A DNA stretch of 64,000 nt from assembly GCA_002269645.1 (NCBI GenBank), contig NIVC01003207.1, positions 62,001-126,000 on the forward strand, read 5' to 3'. The translations under genes were made by a program, and so were the position numbers. The notes beneath the pieces are model-generated. The model worked only from the letters and a program-made list of their open reading frames with translations, was not told the DNA's origin and searched no databases. This document shows, one piece after another, positions 62,370 to 64,000 of this stretch. Origin of the DNA: Macrostomum lignano. Taxonomy: Eukaryota. Position 1 is the first letter of the stretch; the number at the start of each line of letters is the position of its first letter.

Positions 62370-62859
62370 CCAGATCTCCAACTCACTCCTGTGCTAAGGC
62401 AATGGCCAAGTTGTTTGCCAGACTTCGCCTGCATCACTGGTGCAACAGTCAGAGGACGCTCGCTCAGCAGAGAAAGCGGGGGCGTACGACAGGAATAAAG
62501 AGAGCTGAAGAGAGGAAAAAGCTGGTGCGATTAAATGCTGTTTAACTGTAGTTTAACTGTGATGCGAATGAATTCTGCTTAGCTGTTGTTTGTTGATGAT
62601 GCGAATGAATTCTGTTTAACTTGAGTTCTTCATTGTTTGGTTTGTTTAAATGATAAACTAAGAAAAAATGATAAAAATTTTACATTTGGTCCTCCAGGTT
62701 ATTTATTATTCTTCGCTAATTTATACTACTGGCCATAGACTTCACAACAAGAGTAGTGCACACGAATTTTAATTCGGCTTCATGGAAATCGCTCGATTTG
62801 GCATTCTGTGTATATTCTGTGACTTAAACTACGATTACTTATTTAAGTAAGTCCGTTTA

Positions 62860-63260
62860 AGTCCGTAAACAAAGTCGTGTTGGATCATGAAGACTAGATC
62901 TTTGAGGGTGCCAGGTGGAATTTGGAAACTTTTCCCAGTTCTCTTTACGAACTTCGAACACAAAATACTGGAGCAAATAATTCAGGTCGGATTTCGTAAG
63001 ATCCTCGGTTGGCTTGAGAACCATGAGTCCTGACTCATCGCCTGTCAACTGACGATTGACGCGCATCTCTTTCTATAGATTGAATAACTTCATTGCCCAT
63101 TTTTCCTTTGCTCTGGTAGCAGCAGGCAAACTTTCGTCGATTCTTTTTTTAGAGCAGCTTCGTCCAGGGACTCAGCAGAAACTCGAGTTGTCGACTCAAC
63201 TCCGAAAGCAGCAAAGAAAGCGTCAAAATTGAAGTCTTCTAAGCCTTCCATATTGTATTG
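62860..63260 (-). mobile_element. Crypton/DUF3504-like remnant
   Basis: Across frames KEKWAMKLFNL*K and DLNYLLQYFVFEVRKENWEKFPNST resemble the N-terminal region of CryptonA/ZMYM/QRICH1-type proteins. No catalytic C-terminus is present. Confidence 0.5.
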
Positions 63261-63356
63261 TTGATTCTAGTTCGAAGAAAAAGCGAATTTAAATTCGGCT
63301 GTTATGTTTTGCCACCGCTGACTGACTGCTGCTTCGTGACTGTATCTTTGTGAGAA

Positions 63357-64000
63357 AGGGGATGTCAACTTAAGCATCAGAATGGAGCCCGAAGTTCAGT
63401 TCCGGACCAAACCGACTGCAATCGATAACTTGTCGGCCCAGACGACTAGAATCGCCGAGACATCCCATCCGGCTCCCTTCCTTGGGGTCCCAGGGGATAA
63501 AGGGGATAAAATGGGGATCTCATGTCAACTTAAGGCTCTGGAATGGAGCCCGAATTTCAGCTCCGGACCAAACCGACTGAATCGATAACTTGTCGGCCCA
63601 GACGACTAGAATCGCCGAGACATCCCATCCGGCTCCCTTCCTTGGGGTCCCAGGGGATAAAGGGGATAAAATGGGGATCTCATGTCAACTTAAGGCTCTG
63701 GAATGGAGCCCGAAGTTCAGCTCCGGACTAAACCGACTGCAATCGATAACTTGTCGGCCCAGACGACTAGAATCGCCGAGACATCCCATCCGGCTCCCTT
63801 CCTTGGGGTCCCAGGGGATAAAGGGGATAAAATGGGATCTCATGTCAACTTAAGGCTCTGGAATGGAGCCCGAAGTTCAGCTCCGGACCAAACCGACTGC
63901 AATCGATAACTTGTCGGCCCAGACGACTAGAATCGCCGAGACATCCCATCCGGCTCCCTTCCTTGGGGTCCCAGAGGATAAAGGGGATAAAATGGGGATC
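63357..64000. repeat. 160-161-bp satellite, about 4 copies, running off the window
   Basis: gaATGgagccc recurs at 63382, 63543, 63703 and 63863. Confidence 0.95.

Overview
Animal genomic DNA with GT-AG introns, extreme tandem-repeat load and nested transposon debris. A free-living flatworm of the Macrostomum type is my inference, from the repeat load, the low-complexity Ala/Ser/Gln-rich protein style and a motif resembling the Macrostomum spliced leader (recalled from memory, not searched). Three layers are visible. (1) A secreted PAN/Apple + F-type lectin (fucolectin) family: four intact two-exon genes (6.5 kb +; 9.9, 49.7 and 57.1 kb -) plus two pseudogene fragments. Their PAN domain is almost invariant, while the fucose-binding loops form a patchwork that looks shuffled between copies by gene conversion. 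(2) Four co-oriented minus-strand housekeeping genes: a TOX4-like gene lacking the HMG box, CNOT6/CCR4, MEN1 and SLC25A51. All eight coding introns of the last three genes, and all spacers, carry their own minisatellite. (3) Mobile elements: Tc1, a gypsy LTR-PBS-gag, a mariner split by a hAT with a 6-bp TSD, an R2-type RT/RLE fragment outside rDNA inside a TG..CA element with a 5-bp TSD, RNase-H LINE ends, a Harbinger-like MITE, a Crypton-like remnant and a 161-bp satellite. A sharply bounded ~10-kb block (33.6-43.7 kb) has lost nearly all CpG and shows CpA->TpA and CG->TA changes, reminiscent of fungal RIP. Most ORFs in the supplied track are artefacts of tandem repeats. All coordinates and counts were read by eye.
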